A stretch of 63,419 bases of DNA from an uncultured Candidatus Actinomarinales bacterium (GCA_963979435.1 CAXBVE010000001.1:1-63419); one strand, 5' to 3'. Positions 28,326-37,774 are shown, counted from the stretch's first letter. Program-made: numbers and translations. Notes: generated by a model from the sequence alone, not told the origin.

Positions 28326-29588
28326 ATGAGTAATTTTAAATACGATGTAGCGGTAATAGGGCTTGGTTACGTAGGCTTGCCTTTAGCTATTCAAGCTACT
28401 AGTTCAAACTTGAAAGTTTACGGTTACGATATAGATGAAAATAAAATTTCTAATTACAATTTAGGAAAATCAACCATAGAAGATATCTCAGATAAACAAC
28501 TTGAAGCGTCCTTAGAGAAAGGTCTTTTCTTATCATCTGATCCAAAATATTTATCTGAGTCAGAAACTATAGTTATAAGCGTACCAACACCATTAACTGA
28601 TTATCAACCAGATCTTAGTTATGTAAAGGCTGCAGCTGAAACTATTGCTAAAAATATTACTAAAAATCAGATCATAATTCTTGAGTCAACAACATATCCC
28701 GGAACAACTGTAGAGGTTTTGATACCTGCTATTGAAGAAATCTCAAATCTTAAAGCAGGTGTTGATTTTTTTGTGGGCTATTCTCCAGAGAGAATTGATC
28801 CAGGAAATGATACATGGAATTTTAAAAATACACCAAAAGTTATAAGCGGAATTAACGATGAGTCACTTTCAAAAATCGAAAATTTCTACGAACAAATTAT
28901 AGATTCGGTAGTAAGAGTCAGTGGTACAAAAGAAGCTGAGATGGTGAAACTCTTAGAAAATACTTATAGACATGTAAATATTGCATTAATAAATGAACTA
29001 GCAATCTTATGTAATATGCTCGAAATAGATATATGGGAGGTTGTAAATGCTGCAAAAACTAAACCATTTGGATTTGAGTCCTTTAGGCCTGGGCCAGGTG
29101 TTGGAGGGCATTGCATTCCAGTAGACCCTAATTACCTATCTTTTAAAACCAGACAAATAGGAAAACCGGTAAGGTTTGTTGAACTCGCCCAAGAAATTAA
29201 TAATTCCATGCCAAGCTACGTTGTCAGTAGACTTTTAGAAAAGATGAATCTTTTAGAAAAGCCATTTAAAAATTCAAATATCTTGATTCTTGGAGTGGCT
29301 TACAAAAAAGACATAGGGGATGTCAGAGAGTCACCAGCTATTGGAATTATTGAAAACCTTTTCGAACGGGGAGTCAATGTTAAGTACTATGATCCGTTTG
29401 TTGATAGCCTTTTAGTAAACACAAACTATGTTGAAAAAGAAGACAGTTTTGACAACATTAATAAATATGATTTAGTTTTAGTTCATACGGCACATACCGA
29501 TTTTGAAAACTTTGACTTTAGCAAAGTTTCAGTTCCTATATTCGATGCAACTGGTAGTGATCACTTTAAGAATGCTGAGAGGATATAG
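28326..29588 (+). CDS. UDP-N-acetyl-hexosamine 6-dehydrogenase (WecC/WbpA/Cap5O family)
   Basis: VIGLGYVGLPLA, VPTPL, YSPERIDPGN, GGHCIPVDP. Its position just downstream of wecB suggests UDP-ManNAcA synthesis. Confidence 0.85.
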   Translation: MSNFKYDVAVIGLGYVGLPLAIQATSSNLKVYGYDIDENKISNYNLGKSTIEDISDKQLEASLEKGLFLSSDPKYLSESETIVISVPTPLTDYQPDLSYVKAAAETIAKNITKNQIIILESTTYPGTTVEVLIPAIEEISNLKAGVDFFVGYSPERIDPGNDTWNFKNTPKVISGINDESLSKIENFYEQIIDSVVRVSGTKEAEMVKLLENTYRHVNIALINELAILCNMLEIDIWEVVNAAKTKPFGFESFRPGPGVGGHCIPVDPNYLSFKTRQIGKPVRFVELAQEINNSMPSYVVSRLLEKMNLLEKPFKNSNILILGVAYKKDIGDVRESPAIGIIENLFERGVNVKYYDPFVDSLLVNTNYVEKEDSFDNINKYDLVLVHTAHTDFENFDFSKVSVPIFDATGSDHFKNAERI

Positions 29589-29653
29589 CTATTTCTAACG
29601 ACTTCTCTACCTTATCAAAAACTATTAATTTATTAGCCAGTGAACTTGGGCAA

Positions 29654-32041
29654 GTGATAAAGAAGCAAGCTGGAGAAAAATATTTCAATATAGTAGAAGA
29701 TATAAGATTAAATTCAAAAAAGTATAGAGCTTCTAACAATCCAAAATATTTAGAAGAAGCATTCAGCGAATTAAGTAAATTGAACTCCAAGGAAATACTA
29801 ATTGTTGCTAAAGCATTCACACTCTTTTTCTATTTAGCTAATATTTCTGAACAAGTTTTTAGAGAAGCTTTTACTGGTATAAAAAAAGAGAAAATAGTAC
29901 AAAGGGGTAATACCGGGTACAAATTTTCGCCAGTATTTACAGCACACCCTACTGAAAGTGCAAGACAGTCGACTTTGAATAAGATATATAAGATTGGTGA
30001 AATTGTTAGCAAAAATGATATTGATTCACTTCCAGAAATTAATACTATTATTACAGAACTTTGGTACACAAGGGAGATAAGATCAAAAAAGCCAAATCCT
30101 CTAGATGAAGTTAAGTCACTCTTGTATTATTTAGACATAATTTATAAAGATGTGTTCCTAGATATTGAAAAAGAAACTCAAAGTAAAACCATACAAACAG
30201 AGCCCATCCTTACTCTTGGTTCCTGGGTCGGTGGTGATAGAGATGGAAATCCATTTGTAACTAAAAAAATTACAGATCAGTCTCTGAAAATATATTCAAA
30301 ACAAATAATCAATATTTACATGGATAAGATAAAAGATTTCTCTGAAGAGTTTAGCTTTTCAACAAGTTACTTAACTACTCCAAAAAAGTTAGAAAATAAA
30401 ATTCAAGAATATAGAAAAATACTTAAAAAAGAATATAACCATTATGCAAAAGTCAATTTTGATGAGCCTTTTAGGATTTTTCTTTCATTAGTTTTCCATC
30501 GTTTGGAAAATTTTCAAGAAAATAATATAGGATATAAAACTTATGAAGAGTTTCATAAAGATATGGAACTTGTCAACGATTCACTAAAGCAAACTCTAAA
30601 ATTAAACGATTCGATACATGGCTTTTCTGAATTCCTCAAATATGTTGAATCTTTTCAATTTCATGGTGTCACTCTAGATATAAGAGAAAATTCTAAAGTA
30701 ATAAATAACCCACAATCAAACAAACAACAATATGGAGAGTTTATAAAAGTTTTGGCTTGCATTTCAGATTGGAAAGCTATTTATGGAAGTAATGTTATAA
30801 ATTCACTTATAGTCTCTATGACAAAAAATGAATCAGACATATTAAATTTATATAAACTTTGCAAGAAATATATAACTTCTCAAAAAGATATTCCAATGAT
30901 TGTACCGTTACTTGAAGAGATTGATGATTTACAAAATTCAGATTATTTTCTAGACAACCTGTTATCAAATAAAGCTTATAAAACTCACATTATAAAATAT
31001 CAAGACTCTACTCAGGAAATAATGCTTGGATACTCAGATTCCAATAAAGATGGTGGAATTATATCTTCCCAGTGGAATGTTTATAAAGCACAGATTGCCC
31101 TATTTAAAAAAGGAAAAGATCATAATTGTAATATAGTTTTCTTTCATGGTAGAGGGGGGACCATTAGTCGTGGCGGTGGACCTACATATAACTCTATACT
31201 TTCTCAACCCAGTGGAACAATATCTAATCAAATACGCTACACAGAGCAAGGTGAGGTTATTTCTGATAAGTACTCAACAGCTAATCTAGCAAAAGAGAAC
31301 TTAAAATTAGGTTTAGACGCTTTTCTCTCGGCTAGTTCTACGACTTTAAAAAATAATAAAGATGAATATTTACTGATTGAGGAACTATCGAAATTATCAT
31401 TTAAAAAATATCAAGAATTAATCACAGATCATAATCTTATGATTTATTTTGAAAAAGTTACACCAGTAAATCTTCTATCGACTCTAAATATAGGCTCTAG
31501 GCCCTCTAAAAGAACCTCTGAGAGCACAATAGACAGCTATAGGGCAATTCCGTGGGTTTTTGGTTGGGCACAGACCAGACATACTATTACTGGTTGGTAT
31601 GGAGCAGGAACAGCCTTATTAGATATTATTGAAAAAAATGGTATCAGAAAAATTCAATCCGCTTACAGGAACTCATCATTTTTACAAAATCTTATCAGCA
31701 ACATTGAAATGACAGTTGTGAAGTCAGATTTGTTGATATCAAAAATGTATGTTCAAGAACTTTTAGATGAAGAGTACAAGTATTTGTTTGATGAAATATC
31801 TAAAGAATTGAAGAAAGTCAATAAGGCTATAAGACTTGTTACTAACAATGTTGAGCTATTAGAAGATAATCCAATTCTAAAAAATACACTAAAAATTAGA
31901 AATGCTTATTTAGATCCTCTTTCATTGATACAGATACTTTTAATGAAGAAGCTCTCAGATAAAGAAATAACCGAAGAAGAAAAAACATCTCTGCTTTTAT
32001 CAATAAATGGATTAGCCGCCGGTCTTCGAAATACTGGCTGA
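29654..32041 (+). CDS. ppc: Phosphoenolpyruvate carboxylase
   Basis: VFTAHPTE, GSWVGGDRDGNP, GYSDSNKDGG, FHGRGGTISRGGGP and the C-terminal LRNTG. The true start is probably upstream of the first canonical start codon (see findings). Confidence 0.95.
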   Translation: MIKKQAGEKYFNIVEDIRLNSKKYRASNNPKYLEEAFSELSKLNSKEILIVAKAFTLFFYLANISEQVFREAFTGIKKEKIVQRGNTGYKFSPVFTAHPTESARQSTLNKIYKIGEIVSKNDIDSLPEINTIITELWYTREIRSKKPNPLDEVKSLLYYLDIIYKDVFLDIEKETQSKTIQTEPILTLGSWVGGDRDGNPFVTKKITDQSLKIYSKQIINIYMDKIKDFSEEFSFSTSYLTTPKKLENKIQEYRKILKKEYNHYAKVNFDEPFRIFLSLVFHRLENFQENNIGYKTYEEFHKDMELVNDSLKQTLKLNDSIHGFSEFLKYVESFQFHGVTLDIRENSKVINNPQSNKQQYGEFIKVLACISDWKAIYGSNVINSLIVSMTKNESDILNLYKLCKKYITSQKDIPMIVPLLEEIDDLQNSDYFLDNLLSNKAYKTHIIKYQDSTQEIMLGYSDSNKDGGIISSQWNVYKAQIALFKKGKDHNCNIVFFHGRGGTISRGGGPTYNSILSQPSGTISNQIRYTEQGEVISDKYSTANLAKENLKLGLDAFLSASSTTLKNNKDEYLLIEELSKLSFKKYQELITDHNLMIYFEKVTPVNLLSTLNIGSRPSKRTSESTIDSYRAIPWVFGWAQTRHTITGWYGAGTALLDIIEKNGIRKIQSAYRNSSFLQNLISNIEMTVVKSDLLISKMYVQELLDEEYKYLFDEISKELKKVNKAIRLVTNNVELLEDNPILKNTLKIRNAYLDPLSLIQILLMKKLSDKEITEEEKTSLLLSINGLAAGLRNTG

Positions 32042-33160
32042 TAAGTCCCTAAGTTCAAAATGCATTTCATCTGGTGATGTCCAAGTACCACCCCAAGCGA
32101 AGCCCCAGGAATTAAAGATTTCAACCACTCGTGGAACATATCCAGACTTTGTATTGATATCTATTGCTATACCCCATGCATGTCTTGATAAAGAACCCCC
32201 TGCATCAAAGCGTGAAATTCTCCTAGGAGCGTAACATCCACCCGAAGTTTTAAACTCATCTAGGTAAAGTGTATTTGCCAAACCTTCTTCCTTGACCTGG
32301 TTTAATGCTCCTCTGAGTGGTTCCCACATTAATCTATGACATGTAGTTCTACCAATAATTGGCATTTTAATTGTTTGAATATTTTCTTCTCTCCACTTTG
32401 GTTCCGTAATAATCCAGGTACCGTCTCTTTCTTTAATTTGGAAATCTCCAAACATTTCTTTGACTAGTGCATTTGGGAGTACCCAATTTTTGTTAGGCTT
32501 AGAGCTTTTATCAGAGACTTTGATTTTTTTATATTTTATATTTCTATAAATTTCAATCAGATGATTTTCAGTAATCTTATTATCCCATATTATTGCCTGA
32601 ATATTTCTAAAAATACCTAGCTTGAACCCTGTTTCTTTACTAACCACTGCTTCAAACCATCCCAATTTTGAATCTGGAACAATATCTCCAACAACTATTT
32701 CTAAAGATTCTCCATTAAGTCCTACTAAGTGAATTATGTCTTCAACTTCAATAGAGTACAGATTTGCTGTGAGTTCAGAGATAATTATAAAATCTGAAAT
32801 TATTTTGTTCGAGATATCATTTGGGTATATATAATTTACAAAATCTTTTTCAACTGTTTTGACCGAAATACTATAAAGGTAATCATTTTTAGTTGTAATT
32901 TTTTCATTACCAAAATTATCAGTTATTTTCTCTAAGCCAACATTTGCTCTACCTATAAAACTTAAATTAGAGTTGAGATTATTAACACCTTGAATTATTT
33001 CATTAGTTACACTGTAAAACAAACTTCCTGATTGAGAAATAGTAATTGTCTGATAATTATCAATACGATTCTTTGGCTCCCTATTGATTTCTTCATGTGC
33101 ATTTGCAACAGAAGGAATACAAACTGCAGTCAATAACATAAACCAGAAGTATTTTTTCAT
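32012..33160 (-). CDS. Secreted protein with a C-terminal peptidase M15 (VanY / D-Ala-D-Ala carboxypeptidase-like) domain
   Basis: Signal peptide MKKYFWFMLLTAVCIPSVANA. C-terminal SRHAWGIAIDIN ... WGGTW..PDEMHFE zinc-ligand pattern. The N-terminal ~250 aa are unassigned. Confidence 0.7.
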   Translation of the reverse strand: MKKYFWFMLLTAVCIPSVANAHEEINREPKNRIDNYQTITISQSGSLFYSVTNEIIQGVNNLNSNLSFIGRANVGLEKITDNFGNEKITTKNDYLYSISVKTVEKDFVNYIYPNDISNKIISDFIIISELTANLYSIEVEDIIHLVGLNGESLEIVVGDIVPDSKLGWFEAVVSKETGFKLGIFRNIQAIIWDNKITENHLIEIYRNIKYKKIKVSDKSSKPNKNWVLPNALVKEMFGDFQIKERDGTWIITEPKWREENIQTIKMPIIGRTTCHRLMWEPLRGALNQVKEEGLANTLYLDEFKTSGGCYAPRRISRFDAGGSLSRHAWGIAIDINTKSGYVPRVVEIFNSWGFAWGGTWTSPDEMHFELRDLSASISKTGG

Positions 33161-33299
33161 AAATATAATTTTACAGTAAGTAGAAACTATACGTTCTAGA
33201 GATTACCTGTGAAGCTTCTGATAATTTTTTTACCCTAAGGTACTGATTAAACAAGAGAATTATTAAGATAAAAAAAGTTTAATAAATGGAGAAAATTTA

Positions 33300-35894
33300 A
33301 TGAAGTTGCTAACAAACTTTTTTGGTTCTGCCGCTACTAAAAGACCAATCGTAACTATTTTGGTGGTTCTTTTACTAACAGGTTTTTTTGGATACATGTC
33401 TTCTCAAGCGGAAGAACTCAGTACAAGTTTTGGTGGCGAACTTGACACACCAGAAATTCAAGCACAATCAAAATTAGGTGATTACTTTGCTTCTTCAGGT
33501 GGTCAAAGTGTTTTTCAAGTAATAATTACTGGTGATGATGTTTTAACTGTAGATGGTTATAAAGCCTGGCTTGAAATTCAACAAGTTGTGGCAACAAGTG
33601 AAATTTCCGAGTATCTTGTTAGCCAACCCGGCCAAGGGGCGCTACAAGGATTTTTTGGACCAATTGATTTTGCCAGAGCTTTCAATCCAATGTTTAGCAT
33701 TGATCAAATGAATGATGAGCAATTTAAACAAGCGTACAAATCAGCTTCAGCACAAATGCCTCCAGAGTTTCAGGCTTTTGCATCTGCATTACTTTCTGAA
33801 AACTATGATGCAGATGAAGTAACTTCCACAGCCGGCCTTGCCATAATTACAATTGATTCAGCTAAAATCGCACAAAACTTTGGTGGTAGTGATGGCGCAT
33901 TCATCGAGCAACCACGTATGGAAGTTCAACTAAGCGAAGAACTAAGTTTAATAAGTAGTAATTTTGAAAATATTGAGGTAAGTGGATTTTCTTTTGGACT
34001 TTTACTAGGTAATGACGGTGGAGACTTCTTGACTGAAATAGGTATTTTATTTGGTAAAGCTTTCTTAATCATCCTTGGTGTTTTAGCATATATATTTTTC
34101 ATTAGACCAAGAAAAGGCTACGGATTTTTTAAATCATCCAGAAGAACTTTAAGTGATTTGTTATTAAGTCTTGGGACTATACTTCTCTCAATTTTATGGA
34201 TGCAGGGAATTGGAACACTTTTAGGTCCCGGATTCCTTAATATAATTGGACCCCCAAATCAGATATCACAAATAGCACCTATTCTTTTAATTGGTTTAGG
34301 AGTTGATTATGCAATTCACTTTACAGGAAGATATCGAGAAGAACTGGGAGAGGGTTTATCTGTAAAAGACTCTACAAAGAATACTTTAAGTTCTGTTGGT
34401 ATAGCCTTGACGCTTGCTACCTTAGCTACAATTGTTGGTTTCCTTTCAAATGTTGTATCACCACTACCTGAATTTAAAGATTTTGGAATAACTGTTTCGT
34501 TTGGGATTTTATTTGCCTTACTACTAGTCATGACCTTTGTTCCTGCAATTAGGTCTTTATTAGACAAAAAGGCTGAGAAAAAAGATTCTATAAATAGGGA
34601 AGCTTTCTCCTCATCGGGTGAAAGTGTCCTTAATAAAGTTGCCGGTGCAAGCTCTATTATTCCTAGAAAATTAAAACTTATTAGCATAGCTTTACTCTTG
34701 GGTATCTCCAGTTACGGTTATGTTAGTTTTACTAATTTGGATACAGTATTTAATTTCACTGATTTTCTTCCTGAAGATGATCCAGTTGTGGCTACACTTG
34801 CAGTCTTGACTGATGAATTTGGTGGTGGGTTTGGAGAGACTACTACGGTTTTACTTGAAGGCCAAGATTTAGCTACTCCAGAAATCCATAATGCAATTAT
34901 TGATGCAATTAATAATTTAGCTACTGCTGACAATGTGGTAGTTTTTGGTGAAAATGTTGCAAATGAATCTGTAGTGGCATCCCTTGGAGCAATGTTAGCA
35001 CCCCAAGATGCTACACCAGGTGCACCTCCTCAAGCACCTGATATGAATCTTATTTCAGGATTAATGTCATACGGCGTTCAACTCATGACTGGGGAAGGAA
35101 TGGATGCACTTAAAGTATCAACTACTGGTGATGTTGATTCACTTTACAAATCTCTTTTGACTATGGACCCAGCAACTTTTGGTGGTTCTCTCTATTTAAA
35201 CGATGAGGGAATATTTACTGCACAACAAATAAAAATTACAACTTCAGCTGGTTCAGAAGGTTCTAGACAGCTTACCGAAGATATATACAGTGCTTTTGCT
35301 CAAGTTACAGATCTTGGAGTCGACGTAGCTGCAACAAATGACAGTATTGTAACAAACAGTGTGAGCGATTTAATATCAGCCTCACAATTCCAGTCATTAA
35401 TTTTTGCAATACTTTCCTCTATGCTGTTTTTAATAATCTATTATTGGATTGACTTGAGGAGACCATTTTTAGGTGTAGTTACTATATTTCCTGTTATAGC
35501 TATCGTTATGGGTACATATTTAGGAATGGGCTTATTAGAAATACCTTTAAATCCGGTAACAGCAACTTTAACAGGTATAGCAATTGGAATCGGGGTTCCA
35601 TTTGTAATACATGTCACTAATCGATTCAGAGAAGCTTTGACTAAAGACTCAAATCCTGTATCTGCAATTACATCAACTCTTAAAACAACAGGAGGTTCAT
35701 TATTTGGTTCAGCATTTACAACAATGGCTGGATTCGGAATTCTGACAACCTCAACACTAAAACCATTTCAACAAATGGGTCAAGTTGTATTAGTTTCTAT
35801 AGGATTTGCATTAGTTGCCTCAATTCTAATTCTCCCTACGCTACTTGTTTTGTGGGCCAATTATCATAATAAAAAAACTGCTAAATCTTTATAG
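33300..35894 (+). CDS. MMPL/RND-superfamily membrane transporter
   Basis: Two 6-TM bundles (GVDYAIHF... and GIGVPFVIHV...), each preceded by a large extracytoplasmic domain. 864 aa. Confidence 0.85.
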   Translation: MKLLTNFFGSAATKRPIVTILVVLLLTGFFGYMSSQAEELSTSFGGELDTPEIQAQSKLGDYFASSGGQSVFQVIITGDDVLTVDGYKAWLEIQQVVATSEISEYLVSQPGQGALQGFFGPIDFARAFNPMFSIDQMNDEQFKQAYKSASAQMPPEFQAFASALLSENYDADEVTSTAGLAIITIDSAKIAQNFGGSDGAFIEQPRMEVQLSEELSLISSNFENIEVSGFSFGLLLGNDGGDFLTEIGILFGKAFLIILGVLAYIFFIRPRKGYGFFKSSRRTLSDLLLSLGTILLSILWMQGIGTLLGPGFLNIIGPPNQISQIAPILLIGLGVDYAIHFTGRYREELGEGLSVKDSTKNTLSSVGIALTLATLATIVGFLSNVVSPLPEFKDFGITVSFGILFALLLVMTFVPAIRSLLDKKAEKKDSINREAFSSSGESVLNKVAGASSIIPRKLKLISIALLLGISSYGYVSFTNLDTVFNFTDFLPEDDPVVATLAVLTDEFGGGFGETTTVLLEGQDLATPEIHNAIIDAINNLATADNVVVFGENVANESVVASLGAMLAPQDATPGAPPQAPDMNLISGLMSYGVQLMTGEGMDALKVSTTGDVDSLYKSLLTMDPATFGGSLYLNDEGIFTAQQIKITTSAGSEGSRQLTEDIYSAFAQVTDLGVDVAATNDSIVTNSVSDLISASQFQSLIFAILSSMLFLIIYYWIDLRRPFLGVVTIFPVIAIVMGTYLGMGLLEIPLNPVTATLTGIAIGIGVPFVIHVTNRFREALTKDSNPVSAITSTLKTTGGSLFGSAFTTMAGFGILTTSTLKPFQQMGQVVLVSIGFALVASILILPTLLVLWANYHNKKTAKSL

Positions 35895-35917
35895 ATTTAG
35901 TTATTACTATTAATTGA

Positions 35918-36682
35918 GTGAAAGTATTTGATTTACTCGATGTAGTCAACAAGATCTGTCCTTTTAAGGATGCATTTGATGATGATAAAGTAGGTCTACT
36001 TATTGGATCTGGGACAAACGATGTTTCTGGAATCATTGTTAGTCACGATTTAGAAAAATCTACTCTTGATTACTGCAAAGAAAAGAATATAAATACAGTC
36101 ATTTCATACCATCCAGCAACATACAAAAAATTTGATAATCTAAATGAAGATTTAATGCTTTCAAAGCTATCTCTTGATTATTACAAAGAAAATATCAATG
36201 TCATATCGATACACACAGCTCAAGATGTTTGCATAGGTGGAAATAGTGACACTTTAACAAAAATATTTAATTTAACAGATGTCCAAATTTTTGGAGAAAC
36301 CTCACCAGGAAAAGGAGTAGGAAAAATTGGCAAAATTAAAAATCATGATGCAAATTCTCTAACCGCCCTGATAGAAAATGAACTTCATACAAAAATTGTT
36401 AGAACAAACAACCATTATCATAACCTAAAGAATATTGAAAAAATTGCTTTTGTTCCGGGTTCAGGCACACAATTTTTAGATGAAATATTAGGCAAAACAG
36501 ACGTTTTTATAACTGGGGATGCTTCACACCATCATTTCCTACTGACAGATGAATACAACATGGGATTTATACAATTAAATCACATATCAACAGAGAAACC
36601 TGGCATGCAAGGTTTTACTGACAAACTAAGCAAAGTTCTAAAAATAGACATAAAATATTTATACAACAAATATTATGAATGA
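35918..36682 (+). CDS. Nif3-like dinuclear metal centre protein
   Basis: SYHP, HTAQD and GDASHHHF motifs. GTG start. Confidence 0.85.
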   Translation: MKVFDLLDVVNKICPFKDAFDDDKVGLLIGSGTNDVSGIIVSHDLEKSTLDYCKEKNINTVISYHPATYKKFDNLNEDLMLSKLSLDYYKENINVISIHTAQDVCIGGNSDTLTKIFNLTDVQIFGETSPGKGVGKIGKIKNHDANSLTALIENELHTKIVRTNNHYHNLKNIEKIAFVPGSGTQFLDEILGKTDVFITGDASHHHFLLTDEYNMGFIQLNHISTEKPGMQGFTDKLSKVLKIDIKYLYNKYYE

Positions 36683-37385
36683 ACCATTTTTACTCAGTAA
36701 TCTCATAGAGCTTCAAGAAATTGATAACAAGATATACAAACTCGAAGTTGATAAAAAGGGGAGTGAAAATGTTGAGAGATTAATGGCTTTAGAGTCTGAG
36801 TTTAATGAAGTTAATAAAAAAATTGAAACACAAAAGAACATTATGGGAAGTTACTTTAAAGATATTGAAGAAATTTCAAAAACTAGCGACTCTATTCTTC
36901 AAAAGATTTCTAGTATAAATATTAAACTTGAAGATAAATCTTTAGATGCAAACGAACTTTTGAACTATACAAAACAGAAAGAGTCAAGTCAATCACAAGT
37001 ATCTCAATTAGAAAAGAAAAAAATTATTCATGATAGAAATAATGAAGATGAAATTAAGGAAATGCAGTTATTAAATGAATCATTAAATGATGTTAAACAG
37101 GATTTAGTAAAAACTTCTAAATTAGTTAAAGATGAGTGGACGGCTATTGATGAAAAGCTTAGCTTATACGAATTAGAAAAAAAAGAATTTATTACTAATT
37201 TTCCATTGAAAATACAAGAACTTTACGATGAACTAAAAACTAGAGGAGTAGATGTCGTGGCTGCTTATAAACTTGAAAATAATCAGTGTGGCTGTTGCGG
37301 TGTAGATTTAACTACTAGTGAGTTAGATGCAATATCTGCAACAGAGTTTCAGCAGTGCCCTTATTGTGATGGTGTTCTAGTTTGA
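36675..37385 (+). CDS. DUF164-type coiled-coil protein with a C-terminal C4 zinc ribbon
   Basis: Long coiled coil followed by CGCCGV...CPYCDG. Conserved position between Nif3 and RNase H. Confidence 0.75.
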   Translation: MNEPFLLSNLIELQEIDNKIYKLEVDKKGSENVERLMALESEFNEVNKKIETQKNIMGSYFKDIEEISKTSDSILQKISSINIKLEDKSLDANELLNYTKQKESSQSQVSQLEKKKIIHDRNNEDEIKEMQLLNESLNDVKQDLVKTSKLVKDEWTAIDEKLSLYELEKKEFITNFPLKIQELYDELKTRGVDVVAAYKLENNQCGCCGVDLTTSELDAISATEFQQCPYCDGVLV

Positions 37386-37774
37386 TACTAGATGTATATT
37401 GTGACGGTGCTTCAAGATCTAATCCAGGAGAAGCTTCAGTGGGAGTTTCGATTAGTCATGAGAATCTTGAAATTAAAGTTATTTCTAGAAAAATAGGAAT
37501 AGCTACTAATAATGTGGCCGAATATCAGGCTTTAATAGATGGTTTACAATATTGCACTGATAACAATATTCAATCAGCTAGGTTTTACCTAGACTCAAAA
37601 CTAGTGGTGGAGCAAATAGTTGGTAATTTTAAAGTAAAGTCAGAACATCTAAAGGAATTACATGGGCGTGCCAAAGCCTTAATTTTTAAAATAGAGAATT
37701 TTACAATAGAGCATGTATACAGAGAAAACAATAAAAGAGCAGATGAACTAGCTAACTTAGCACTGGATAAATAA
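37382..37774 (+). CDS. rnhA: Ribonuclease HI
   Basis: DGASRSNPGEA, NNVAEYQALI, YLDSKLVV.Q, RE.NKRADELAN. Confidence 0.9.
   Translation: MILDVYCDGASRSNPGEASVGVSISHENLEIKVISRKIGIATNNVAEYQALIDGLQYCTDNNIQSARFYLDSKLVVEQIVGNFKVKSEHLKELHGRAKALIFKIENFTIEHVYRENNKRADELANLALDK

Noticed and set aside
29566-29820. 84-aa minus-strand ORF spanning the dehydrogenase/ppc junction
   Set aside because: It is antisense to the conserved PEPC N-terminal helix and has no motifs.
31906-32139. 77-aa minus-strand ORF across the ppc/peptidase junction
   Set aside because: It is in a different frame from the M15 peptidase, whose C-terminal catalytic motifs occupy the same DNA. It is a shadow ORF.
34316-34933. Two minus-strand ORFs (123 aa and 71 aa) inside the MMPL gene
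   Set aside because: Both are antisense to a continuous 864-aa transporter ORF with the expected 12-TM layout.
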